DNA from: Candidatus Latescibacterota bacterium
GTDB taxonomy: Bacteria > Latescibacterota > UBA2968 > UBA8231
Assembly (NCBI GenBank): GCA_022825835.1
Contig: JAJDVZ010000131.1
Location: 15,532-79,531, forward strand
Direction of reading: 5' to 3'
Length of the DNA stretch: 64,000 nucleotides
A program made the position numbers and the translations under genes. A model generated the notes under the pieces. It saw nothing but the letters and a program-made list of their open reading frames with translations, searched no databases and was not told where the DNA came from. This document shows, piece after piece, positions 26,758 through 35,628 of the stretch; the stretch's first letter is position 1, and each line of letters opens with the position of its first letter.

Positions 26758-29673
26758 CTAGCGGGTACCCGCCTTCTCTACGGCGACCTCATGGTGCTCT
26801 TTTAGCAGCTCGTCGAGGGCCTTAGAGGTTTCTAAATAGTAAGTCCACCCATAAGGCGTGGTGTCATAGGCCCGGTCTCCCACGAGCAAGTTCGCGCCCC
26901 GCGCCAAAAGCAACTGGGCCATCTCTAGCTGGTTGGTCATGACGGTTTTGTGCAGAGGCGTACTGCCGTGGTCGAAACGGTGAAACTCACCGGCAAAGCC
27001 GTCGATATCCGCACCGCGATCCAACAAAAATTCCGCCGCTTCCAACGCGCCGCTATAGGCCGCAAAGTTAAGCGCTTCCACCACAATCTGCTCGGCGGTG
27101 AGCACGGTGTCTGGATTCGGGTGGTAGAGGTGGCCGGTTCCCTCTTTCAACTTGCCCTCCGAGTCGAAGAACTCCGCCATCAGATCAACGCGGTTGACCC
27201 CGGCGGCAAAACGCAAATCCACGGGCGCACCCGCCGCAATCAACATGCGAGCTAGCGCCAAGTCTTCCTCGATAAGCACGTCCCACAGCACCCGACCTCG
27301 GTTGCGCCCTAAGTCCGCGCCCTCGGCGGCCAAAAGCTGAACCATCTTGGCCTTGCTCCCAGCCCAATCGAGTTGGGCACTGCTTACCACCAAGTCCAGC
27401 ACAGCGACCGAATCCAGCGTCGCTGCGTTGGGGTCGGCACCTGCGGAGAGCAGGGCCGCGGCTAGTTCAATCGCGTTTTCGGGTAGCGGCGCTCGTTGCG
27501 GCTCGCCGGCGAGGTGGTGCAAGAGCGTGGCCCCACGAAAGTAAGGGTATTCGTAATACTTGTCGAAATAGCCACGCGCCATCGCTAGCTTGGGGTACTC
27601 AGCGAGCAGGTTCTGTAGCGTCTCTCTGTCCCCGGCATCGATAGCTTTTACAGCTTCGTAAAAGGCCTTGTGGTCGGCGTCGCCACGGTCGCGTCCTTGG
27701 GGCGGCAGTTCCTCGCCTTCGTGTGGAATGGCCAAGGCGACCAATTCGGGCGGACGACCTGACTCGCCTAGATAGTTACCCAACGGCACGACCACGTATT
27801 GGCGGCCACCAGCCGTATAGCTCATCGGCGCACCGTAGGCATTGCTGGGCAATTCGACGCGACCGATCTCCTCGCCCGACGACAACTCGTACGCCCGCAG
27901 GTACGCATCGCGATCGACGAAGTAATCCTCGCCGGCCTCGGCGAGGCCGTGCGGGTCCTGCGAAGTGGCCAACAGGAGATTCGGCGTGGCCAAGACAAAG
28001 GTGCGGTTGTCCCAGCCCATATCCGGCAGATCGAGGCCCTTGAGCGCTGGGTGATCGACCGGCCCCTTACCCACCGTCGTCCGCCATAGATGCTCGCCGC
28101 TATTCATGTCAATCGCCGTGATGCTGCCGTACGGAGGCTTGATCAGCGGCAGTCCTTGCGGGCCGAGGACGTGCAGGTTGTTGCTAGCAGAAAACGCCGA
28201 GTGCGCCTCCGGGTCATCTACCGAATGCAACTGCACGGTGGTAATGGCCATGTGCGACGGCACGTAGAGCACGCCTGTGCGCGGGTCGGCTGCACCGCCC
28301 GCCCAGTCGGCACCGCCCCATTGACCGGGAACCGACAAGACGCCCTTCTCCGTCGGCGGCGTGTAAAGCGGGCCGTAGTCGTATTCGGCGAGAATGGCCT
28401 TGGCTTCCTCACGCAACTCAGGCGTGAAGTCAATCAGGTCGTCCTCGCTGATGCCTTGGCGCTCAAAGGGAGCCGGCTTGGTCGGAAAGGGCTGCGTCGG
28501 CGAGGTCTTCTCGACCTGCGATTGCGGCACCGGCTTTTCCTCGATCGGCCAGATCGGCTCGCCGGTCACGCGGTCAAAGACAAAGCAAAAGGCCTGTTTC
28601 GTAAGCTGGGCGACGATCTTGCGCTCTTGACCCTCAACGACCACGTCCAACAGTAGGGGAACAGCCGGCGGGTCGTAGTCCCACAAGCCGTGATGGACCA
28701 ACTGGTAGTGCCACACCCGTTCGCCAGTCTCGGCCTTTAGACATACGACCGACTCGCTGAACAAGTTGTCGCCGGGACGCTCGCCGCCGTAGTAATCGTG
28801 GCTGGCTGTACTCACCGGCAGGTAGAAGTTGCCCAACTCCTCGTCGGCCGTCATCGTCGCCCAGACATTGGCCGCGCCGTACTTTTTCCACGCATCGCTT
28901 TCCCACGTCTCGTTGCCGTATTCGCCTTCTAACGGAATGGTGTGGAATTCCCACACCTTCTCGCCGGTGCGCACGTCGAAGGCCTGCACATCGCCGGGCG
29001 GGGTGTACTCGGGCGGCGGCTGGAAGCGCCAGTCGCCCATAGCCGAGCCAACGGCGACCACGTCGCGGCAGACCACGGGCGGGGACGTGATTCCGTAGTT
29101 CCAGCGATCTTCCTCGCTCAGCGGCCGGCGCAGCGAAGCCCCCAAATCGACGCGCCCGCCCTCGCCAAAATTGGGGTCGGGCAGGCCGGTCTTGGCGTCG
29201 ATGGAATACAAATGGGAAGTCGAAGTCGCCATAAACACCCGCTCAACCTCGCCATCGGTCCAATAGCTAACTCCGCGCACGTTGCCCAAGAAGCGGAAGT
29301 TCATCCGCCAAGCCTCTGGGTCGAAGGTCCACAGTTCTTCGCCGCTTTGGCCGTCGAGTGCCACGAGAATGTTGAAGGGCGAGGCATAGTAGAGCACGCC
29401 GTTGACGGCCAGTGGCGTCCCTCGGTTGTTGTCGAAACCGAGGCTGCGTCCCACCGGGTTGGGGCCAGCCGTCTCATAGATCTGCTGATCGGGGGGGCGG
29501 TAGCGCCAGACCACGCGCAACTGATCGAAATTGTCGCGATTGATCTGGTCCGCCGGGGTGTAGCGGGTGCCGCCTTGGTCGGCTCCGTAGTGCGGCCAAT
29601 CGACATCGCTGGCAAATGCCGCGAGCGCGAGCGACAACGATGCCAGCAAGGCCCCATAGACTCGTCTGTTCAT
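26758..29673 (-). CDS. PQQ-dependent dehydrogenase fused to ankyrin repeats, copy 2
   Basis: Colinear and highly similar to 23569..26586 at protein and nucleotide level, with the same PQQ and ankyrin motifs. Confidence 0.88.
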   Translation of the reverse strand: MNRRVYGALLASLSLALAAFASDVDWPHYGADQGGTRYTPADQINRDNFDQLRVVWRYRPPDQQIYETAGPNPVGRSLGFDNNRGTPLAVNGVLYYASPFNILVALDGQSGEELWTFDPEAWRMNFRFLGNVRGVSYWTDGEVERVFMATSTSHLYSIDAKTGLPDPNFGEGGRVDLGASLRRPLSEEDRWNYGITSPPVVCRDVVAVGSAMGDWRFQPPPEYTPPGDVQAFDVRTGEKVWEFHTIPLEGEYGNETWESDAWKKYGAANVWATMTADEELGNFYLPVSTASHDYYGGERPGDNLFSESVVCLKAETGERVWHYQLVHHGLWDYDPPAVPLLLDVVVEGQERKIVAQLTKQAFCFVFDRVTGEPIWPIEEKPVPQSQVEKTSPTQPFPTKPAPFERQGISEDDLIDFTPELREEAKAILAEYDYGPLYTPPTEKGVLSVPGQWGGADWAGGAADPRTGVLYVPSHMAITTVQLHSVDDPEAHSAFSASNNLHVLGPQGLPLIKPPYGSITAIDMNSGEHLWRTTVGKGPVDHPALKGLDLPDMGWDNRTFVLATPNLLLATSQDPHGLAEAGEDYFVDRDAYLRAYELSSGEEIGRVELPSNAYGAPMSYTAGGRQYVVVPLGNYLGESGRPPELVALAIPHEGEELPPQGRDRGDADHKAFYEAVKAIDAGDRETLQNLLAEYPKLAMARGYFDKYYEYPYFRGATLLHHLAGEPQRAPLPENAIELAAALLSAGADPNAATLDSVAVLDLVVSSAQLDWAGSKAKMVQLLAAEGADLGRNRGRVLWDVLIEEDLALARMLIAAGAPVDLRFAAGVNRVDLMAEFFDSEGKLKEGTGHLYHPNPDTVLTAEQIVVEALNFAAYSGALEAAEFLLDRGADIDGFAGEFHRFDHGSTPLHKTVMTNQLEMAQLLLARGANLLVGDRAYDTTPYGWTYYLETSKALDELLKEHHEVAVEKAGTR

Positions 29674-29764
29674 GCTTCTCCTCTCTTCGTTAAGGTCTCA
29701 AGCGAAGGAAGAGTTGACGTCAAACAGTGTCAACGAGGCCGTTCGTTGCGGGCCTTCTGCAAAT

Positions 29765-30505
29765 TCAGCGGTACTGATCCAAGTTCCCCTTGTACTCCAA
29801 ACCCAGCACTTCTCGGCCCCGCGCCGTATTGCAGGTAGCGTCGGCTTCGGGCGTGCCGACCACGTGCAGTACGTCAAATTTCACTTCGTCCCGTTCCAAG
29901 GCCAAGCGGCAGGCTTCGGCCAAATCGTGGCGGCAGACCAAGCCGTTGCGGACGTTCAATGGTTCCCGGTACTTGCCGATCCCCAAGCGCGAATCCACGA
30001 TGTAGTCGGGCCGCAACACCACGATGGGCAGCCCAAGGGCCTCGTGGACCTGGCGGCACATTTCCTCCTGTAGTCGCTTGCATACCGCGTACAAGCTGCC
30101 GTCGGGCCTCCGTACTTCCGAGGAGAAGAAAATTCCCTCGGGATGCACGGTCTGGCACGAGCCGATGTGTACTACTTTGCGGATGCCCTGCTCTTGGGAC
30201 GCTTGCAGAACATTCCACAGCCCCTTGAGGTTGATGAGGAAGGGTTTGTCGTCGTTGGGGTCGCCGACGAAGTAAACCGCGGTGTGAATGACGCAATCCA
30301 CGCCGCTGATGGCTTGCTCCACCGCGAGGGAATCGGCTATATCGCCGTGGACCACTTCGCCGCCGTTCCAGTCGCCGTCTAGGTCGCGATACGCCTCCCA
30401 AGCTTGGGGGCCGTAGTCAAAGGCGCGGATATCGTGTTTGCCAGCTAGGTTTTGCAACACGGCGCGGCCCAGCCAACCGGCGGCGCCGAAGACTACGGTT
30501 TTCAT
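29765..30505 (-). CDS. NAD(P)-dependent epimerase/dehydratase (extended SDR, uronate dehydrogenase-like)
   Basis: GAAGWLG Rossmann motif, GDIAD, YAVCK (YxxxK). Confidence 0.85.
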   Translation of the reverse strand: MKTVVFGAAGWLGRAVLQNLAGKHDIRAFDYGPQAWEAYRDLDGDWNGGEVVHGDIADSLAVEQAISGVDCVIHTAVYFVGDPNDDKPFLINLKGLWNVLQASQEQGIRKVVHIGSCQTVHPEGIFFSSEVRRPDGSLYAVCKRLQEEMCRQVHEALGLPIVVLRPDYIVDSRLGIGKYREPLNVRNGLVCRHDLAEACRLALERDEVKFDVLHVVGTPEADATCNTARGREVLGLEYKGNLDQYR

Positions 30506-30581
30506 GGGGAATTCCTTCCGTCATTCCCACAAAAGCGGGAATCCAAGGGGTGGGCCAGTGAAACTCGAAATTGCCGATACG

Positions 30582-30611
30582 TTCTGCGTCTATCTGCGTC
30601 CATCTGCGGAT
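30582..30611. repeat. (ATCTGCGTCC)n decamer array, copy 1
   Basis: TTCTGCGTC-TATCTGCGTC-CATCTGCGGAT, immediately downstream of the PhyH gene stop. Confidence 0.8.
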
Positions 30612-30614
30612 CGA

Positions 30615-31370
30615 TCACCGCTGCTCATAGCGGTCGGCGCGGCGGCGACCCAACAGCCTTGGGCACAGGCTGCGGAAGTCCTCGGGCATGCGCTCATACG
30701 TCTCTGGCCACAGAGGCTGGTGGCCGCCTTCAATCCAATTGTTAAACCAAGGGGGATAATACGCGATATTCAGCCCAATCCGCACGTCCTCGCTCCGATT
30801 GGCCCGGGCTTGGTGAAAAACCCCTCCGTGCCACAGCATCACAGAACCAGCGCGGCCTTCCACGGGCTTGATCAACGGGCTATCAGCACCCATATCGGGT
30901 GGCGGAGCGGGCCGCCGCGACCGGTGGCTCATGGGCACGACGCCAGTGGCCCCGTTGGCCGCGGTAAAATCCGTCAGCATCCAGATGGTGTTGATCATCC
31001 ATGGCACATCGGGCACTTGGGCAAACGAGCCCGCAGAATCCGCGTGTAAATGCTGAGCGGGAGCCCCGGGCCAAGTGGGCTTGGAACACGCTTCGACGAC
31101 GCGGCAGCGCGGCCCCAAAAAGTGCCGCGCAAGGGCCACGGTATCCGGGTGGAAGGCGCAGCTCCAAACCTCGTCGTCTTGGTTGAGCATGCCGAACAAG
31201 GTCTGATAGTACTCATCGCCCACGATGTAGTTCTCGTAGCGCGGATCGCTGTGCAGCGCCAGACAGCGGCGGCCCAACGCCAAGGCGGCCTCGCGGGGTA
31301 TGCGGTCTTCGAGCAAGCAGTACCCATACGCGTCTAAATGCTCGGCCGCGGTCTGCAATTCTTCGTTCAC
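30615..31370 (-). CDS. Phytanoyl-CoA dioxygenase (PhyH) family protein
   Basis: GYCLLE, LHAD (HxD), IWMLTDFT..NGATGVVP.SH, GSV..WHG..FH...N. GTG start at 31370 assumed. Confidence 0.85.
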   Translation of the reverse strand: MNEELQTAAEHLDAYGYCLLEDRIPREAALALGRRCLALHSDPRYENYIVGDEYYQTLFGMLNQDDEVWSCAFHPDTVALARHFLGPRCRVVEACSKPTWPGAPAQHLHADSAGSFAQVPDVPWMINTIWMLTDFTAANGATGVVPMSHRSRRPAPPPDMGADSPLIKPVEGRAGSVMLWHGGVFHQARANRSEDVRIGLNIAYYPPWFNNWIEGGHQPLWPETYERMPEDFRSLCPRLLGRRRADRYEQR

Positions 31371-31460
31371 GTTTCTATCTCTACGTCGGCTTGGAATCGT
31401 CTCGTCATATAGCAACCCTGAATGAGTTGAACTTTGAGACGCGACTCCTCTCGTTTCTTA

Positions 31461-31523
31461 TTCTGCGTCCATCTGCGTCCATCTGCGTCCATCTGCGGAT
31501 AAAATTGCTATACGTCCGCAGAT
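31461..31523. repeat. (ATCTGCGTCC)n decamer array, copy 2, with downstream inverted unit
   Basis: TTCTGCGTCC ATCTGCGTCC ATCTGCGTCC ATCTGCGGAT (31461-31500). TCCGCAGAT at 31515-31523 is the reverse complement of ATCTGCGGA at 31491-31499. Confidence 0.85.
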
Positions 31524-31524
31524 C

Positions 31525-33123
31525 TCACTCCACAACAAAGGTCGCCCGGGTCTCTTGGCTCTCCTCGTACCCAATGCGGATCGCCTTGGCCCGCAAGGTG
31601 GTCGTCCCAGCTTCTAGGCGCAACGGCTCGGTGTAGAGGTGCCAGTGCGGATCGTCGTCCACGGCGTATGCCATAGAAGCACCCTGCGTAGCACAGTGGA
31701 GCTGCACCAGCAGCGGCCCCCGGAATGTACCGCCTTCCAGCGCCGGCTCGGTCCCAAGGCTGTCGGCGCAAATGGGCACGCACACCGGCGAGGCCGTCTG
31801 CGGCTGTTGGCCATCGGGATACCACTGCCGCACCATTTCGCTTTCCGCCATGCGGCCCATGTCGCCCACTTCTCCCAGCCACTCGTCCAAGGCTCCGCGC
31901 AGGCGATCCCGCTCCGACTGGTACTGGGGATTGGCCGCCAAGTTGTCGATCTCGTGCGGATCGGCTTCGGTGTCGTACAGCTCTTCGACCGGCCGCGGAT
32001 ACCGGAACATGGCCGATTGCGTCTCGTCCAGCTCGTCGGCCAAGTGCAAGCGCCACATCTCCTGCACAATGGGGTGCCGATTGCGGTAGGGGATCCACGC
32101 CAAGTAGGGGAGGTCTGGCCGACAGTTGCGGATGTACTTAAAGCGGCGGTCGCGTACCGCTCGCACCATGTCGTACGCCTCGTCGTGCCGGTCGCGGCTC
32201 GCGTAGATGTACTCTCGCGGCGGTTGGGCTTGGGATCCCAAAAACGCGCGGCCCTGCATGTGGGCGGGCACGTCAATCCCCGCGAGCGAGAGCATCGTCG
32301 GGCCTAGATCGACGGTGCTCACCAAGTCCTCGCACACCTGCCCCGCTTCCATACCCGGGCCGCGGGCGATCAGGGGCACGTGAATGCCTGAGTCGTACGG
32401 CCAGCGCTTGCCGCGCGGCAGCGGGCCGTGATCGCTCCAGTGAAAGACGTACGTATTCTCGGTCAAGCCGTCTTCGTCGAGTTGCTGCAGAAGCTGGGCC
32501 AGCTCTTGGTCGCTGTGCGCAATGTGCGTGTACATCCGCGCCATAGCTTGGCGTACTACGGGGGTATCGGGAAAATAGGGCGGCAGCGGGATGGCATCCG
32601 GGTCGAACTCCGGCTCGGGGCACTTCTCCGGCCACATACCGCTTTCGTGGGTGTGCGTGGGGTTGAAGACCGCGAAAAACGGCTGGTCTGGATCGGGACG
32701 GTCGCGCCAGTGGGCGTCCGGGCCGAGCGCGTCCCAAGCGGTCAGCGGGGGGGTAAACTGGTAGTCGGTCTTGGCATTGTTGGAGCAATAATACCCAGCC
32801 GCTCGCAGGTATTCCGTGAAGCACTTTGCGTAGTGCGGCACAACGGCCGAATACGGCGTGGGCATTTCCGGCGTAGCGCGATTGGCGTGCGTCGTGCGCA
32901 TGTGGTGAGTGCCGATCGAGGTCGCGTACATGCCGGTGATAATGGCCGACCGGGCCGGGGCGCAGACGCCAGCCGTGGAGAAGCAGCGCGTCCAGCGGCA
33001 TCCGTCGGCGGCGAGCCGGTCCAACGTGGGCGTGCGCGCCACCGGGTCGCCGTAGCAGCCGTACCGAGGGTTGGTATCCTCAAATGAAATCCACAGGAAA
33101 TTGGGTTTGCGTTCCCTAGCCAT
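31525..33123 (-). CDS. Formylglycine-dependent (S1) sulfatase with C-terminal Fn3/chitobiase-like domain
   Basis: CAPARSAIITG (CxPxR), SDHG, EELYD..DPHE..NLA. Tail LHCATQGASMAY...YTEPL...LRAKAIRIGYEES. Confidence 0.9.
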   Translation of the reverse strand: MARERKPNFLWISFEDTNPRYGCYGDPVARTPTLDRLAADGCRWTRCFSTAGVCAPARSAIITGMYATSIGTHHMRTTHANRATPEMPTPYSAVVPHYAKCFTEYLRAAGYYCSNNAKTDYQFTPPLTAWDALGPDAHWRDRPDPDQPFFAVFNPTHTHESGMWPEKCPEPEFDPDAIPLPPYFPDTPVVRQAMARMYTHIAHSDQELAQLLQQLDEDGLTENTYVFHWSDHGPLPRGKRWPYDSGIHVPLIARGPGMEAGQVCEDLVSTVDLGPTMLSLAGIDVPAHMQGRAFLGSQAQPPREYIYASRDRHDEAYDMVRAVRDRRFKYIRNCRPDLPYLAWIPYRNRHPIVQEMWRLHLADELDETQSAMFRYPRPVEELYDTEADPHEIDNLAANPQYQSERDRLRGALDEWLGEVGDMGRMAESEMVRQWYPDGQQPQTASPVCVPICADSLGTEPALEGGTFRGPLLVQLHCATQGASMAYAVDDDPHWHLYTEPLRLEAGTTTLRAKAIRIGYEESQETRATFVVE

Positions 33124-33335
33124 AAACTCCTTACCCTAGTTTTTGCTAACAAAGCGATGTATTGAACCTCTCACGCCGCGCCGAAAATTGCAGCCGGACG
33201 CGGTGCTCTGTCAAGCGCGGGATTCACCTACATCTCGACCGCTTGCTCACTGGCGCAGGGTTGTTTTCGGCCTACTCGTTGTGCATAATATGCGCTGCCA
33301 ATTCTCACAAACAGACGACGTTAGAAGAAATCACC

Positions 33336-34445
33336 ATGAATGCCTATCGTCGCATAGAAGCACTGCTCAAAGAGGCCGATGTGCGCATCGGCGGAGATCG
33401 GCCTTGGGATATAGCAGTCCACGACGACCGCTTTTTCGCGCACATGCTAGCCCACGGATCGCTGGGGGCCGGCGAGTCGTACATGGAGGGGTGGTGGGAC
33501 TGCCCTCAGCTAGACGAACTTTGTGCGCGGATCTTGCGCGCCCGACTGGGACTGAAGTTGCGCGGGCGGCATCTGCTTTTGCCTTATCTGAAGGCGCGGC
33601 TGCTCAACCTGCAAACGCCTACCCGCTCCTTCCAAGTCGGCCAGCGCCACTACGATATCGGCAACGACCTGTACCGGGCGATGCTCGACCAGCGCATGAT
33701 CTATAGCTGCGGGTATTGGCGCAATGCCGCCAACTTAGATGAAGCGCAAGAAGCCAAGCTCGACTTGTGCTGTCGCAAACTGGGGCTGGAGCCGGGGATG
33801 ACCCTACTCGACATCGGCTGCGGCTGGGGGGGCACCCTGCGGTTTGCAGTTCAGCGCTACGGCGTCAAAGGGGTGGGCGTCACCGTCTCCAAAGAGCAGG
33901 CAAAACTGGCCGAGGAGATGTGCCAAGGGCTGCCGGTGGAGATTCGCTTGCAGGATTACCGCGACCTAGACGATCGTTTTGACCGCATCTTGTCGATCGG
34001 CATGTTTGAGCACGTGGGCGTCAAGAACTACTCGATCTTTATGCAAACGGTCAAACGCTGCCTCGCCCCAGACGGGCGCTTTTTATTGCATACCATCGGC
34101 CGCAGCACCTCGGCCATCAAAAACGATCCGTGGATTGAGCGCTACATCTTCCCCAACTCTCTGCTACCTTCGGCTAAGCAGATTACTACGGCCGCTGAGG
34201 GACACTTCGTCTTGGAGGACTGGCACGCCTTCGGCCAGCATTACGACCGGACGCTGATGGCTTGGCACGCCAACTTCAACGCGGCTTGGAGCGAACTCAA
34301 GGCCCGCTACGGCGAGCGCTTCTACCGGATGTGGACGTTCTACTTGCTGTCCTCGGCCGGCTCCTTCCGCGCCCGGGCGAACCAGCTTTGGCAAGTGCTC
34401 TTCTCGTCCAATGGGATTGAAGGGTCCTACGAGGTTCCAAGGTAA
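33336..34445 (+). CDS. cfa: Cyclopropane-fatty-acyl-phospholipid synthase
   Basis: GSLGAGESYMEGWW, HYDIGNDLY, MIYSCGYW, AQEAKL, LDIGCGWGG, SIGMFEHVG, YIFPN, FYRMW.FYL. Confidence 0.93.
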   Translation: MNAYRRIEALLKEADVRIGGDRPWDIAVHDDRFFAHMLAHGSLGAGESYMEGWWDCPQLDELCARILRARLGLKLRGRHLLLPYLKARLLNLQTPTRSFQVGQRHYDIGNDLYRAMLDQRMIYSCGYWRNAANLDEAQEAKLDLCCRKLGLEPGMTLLDIGCGWGGTLRFAVQRYGVKGVGVTVSKEQAKLAEEMCQGLPVEIRLQDYRDLDDRFDRILSIGMFEHVGVKNYSIFMQTVKRCLAPDGRFLLHTIGRSTSAIKNDPWIERYIFPNSLLPSAKQITTAAEGHFVLEDWHAFGQHYDRTLMAWHANFNAAWSELKARYGERFYRMWTFYLLSSAGSFRARANQLWQVLFSSNGIEGSYEVPR

Positions 34446-34482
34446 AAATGTCTGCGGAGACAATACTTTTAGGAGGTCAATC

Positions 34483-35040
34483 TTGGCTGAGATAAAACAC
34501 CTACCCATAGAAACGCTAACCGCCGGGCTAGACGACATCCGTCAGTCGCCCAAAGCCACGGGCGTATTGGAACTCATCGTACGGCGGCCACAAACGGAGG
34601 CGCGGGAAGTCTTAGACGTGGGGGAACTCAATCTAGTCGAAGGGCTAGTGGGCGACAATTGGCAACAGCGCGGCAGCTCGCAAACCGCCGATGGATCAGC
34701 GAATCCAGACACGCAACTGACCCTGACCAATGCCCGTTTGATGGCCCTAGTGGCCCAAGACAAGCGGCATTGGCCCCTAGCCGGAGATCAGCTATACGTC
34801 GATTTTGACCTAAGCGTGGACAACATACCGCCCGGGACTCGCCTGTCTCTCGGCGCGGCCGTGATCCAAATCACCGAGCCGCCCCACACCGGTTGCAAAA
34901 AATACGCCGCTCGCTTTGGCTTGGACGCCCTGAAATTCATCAGTTCTCCAGCGGGTAAACAGCTTCAACTGCGCGGCGTCAACGCCAAAGTCATTCGCCC
35001 GGGCGCGATACGGGTTGGCGACGCCATGAAGAAGCTGTGA
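34483..35040 (+). CDS. MOSC domain protein
   Basis: AGGAGG RBS with TTG start. GLVGDNW, LAGDQLYVD, PHTGCKKY..RFG, RGVNAKV..PG.IRVGD. Confidence 0.85.
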   Translation: MAEIKHLPIETLTAGLDDIRQSPKATGVLELIVRRPQTEAREVLDVGELNLVEGLVGDNWQQRGSSQTADGSANPDTQLTLTNARLMALVAQDKRHWPLAGDQLYVDFDLSVDNIPPGTRLSLGAAVIQITEPPHTGCKKYAARFGLDALKFISSPAGKQLQLRGVNAKVIRPGAIRVGDAMKKL

Positions 35041-35041
35041 T

Positions 35042-35506
35042 TTAAAACCCACCGCCGCCCGGACCGCCGCCACCGCCCCGAGGACCACCGCGCTGGCGCT
35101 GTTGTTGGCGTTGCGCCTGCTGTAGATGCGCTTTTAGGGCTTCGACCTGCTCGGCGTCTAATGCCGTGGCGAGCGCAGCCATCATCTGCTCGCGCATCTC
35201 GGCCTGCTGTTCGCGCATTTTCTCGCGCAGCGCCCGAAAGTCGGTCTCGCCGCGACTGCCGCTGCTGAACATTTCCGCCATCATCTGCTGTTGCTCGACG
35301 TATATCGGCTTAAGCACCTCCCGCAACGCGATTAGCTGCTTGTCGGTCACGTTGAACTGCTCTTCAAAGGCCAGTAGGGCAAAAATCTGCTCCGGGGTCA
35401 TACCGCCGCCCATGCCACCACGCCTGCCTCCTGGCTGGGCTTCGAGCGCCACGGTGCTCGCTAAACAAACGGCGACAATCCATAAGGCCATCTTGCGAAT
35501 ACGCAT
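35042..35506 (-). CDS. Periplasmic helical protein, Spy/CpxP-like
   Basis: Signal peptide, GGRRGGMGG N-terminus, 'NVTDKQ' and 'LDAEQ' (LTxxQ-like) motifs, Met/Gln/Arg-rich helices, Gly-rich tail. Confidence 0.6.
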   Translation of the reverse strand: MRIRKMALWIVAVCLASTVALEAQPGGRRGGMGGGMTPEQIFALLAFEEQFNVTDKQLIALREVLKPIYVEQQQMMAEMFSSGSRGETDFRALREKMREQQAEMREQMMAALATALDAEQVEALKAHLQQAQRQQQRQRGGPRGGGGGPGGGGF

Positions 35507-35521
35507 CTCGATTCTCCTCGT

Positions 35522-35610
35522 AAAAGTTTTGCGGGACACTACGGCTAATTAGACACGCTATTGCCGCGATTTATTCCCGCGCTTTGGCAGGGGTTGATCC
35601 GATTGACGAG
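35522..35610 (-). promoter_or_regulatory. Conserved upstream element copy 2, containing ECF-sigma-like promoter GGAAT-N18-GTCTAA
   Basis: ATTCC at 35573-35577 and TTAGAC at 35549-35554 on +, with an 18-nt spacer, the same as at 26672-26700. Confidence 0.65.
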
Positions 35611-35628
35611 GTCGGGCAACTTCCGAGT

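Noticed and set aside
31461-31500. Decamer arrays as a CRISPR array
   Set aside because: The units are contiguous 10-mers with no unique spacers, and there are no cas genes in the window.
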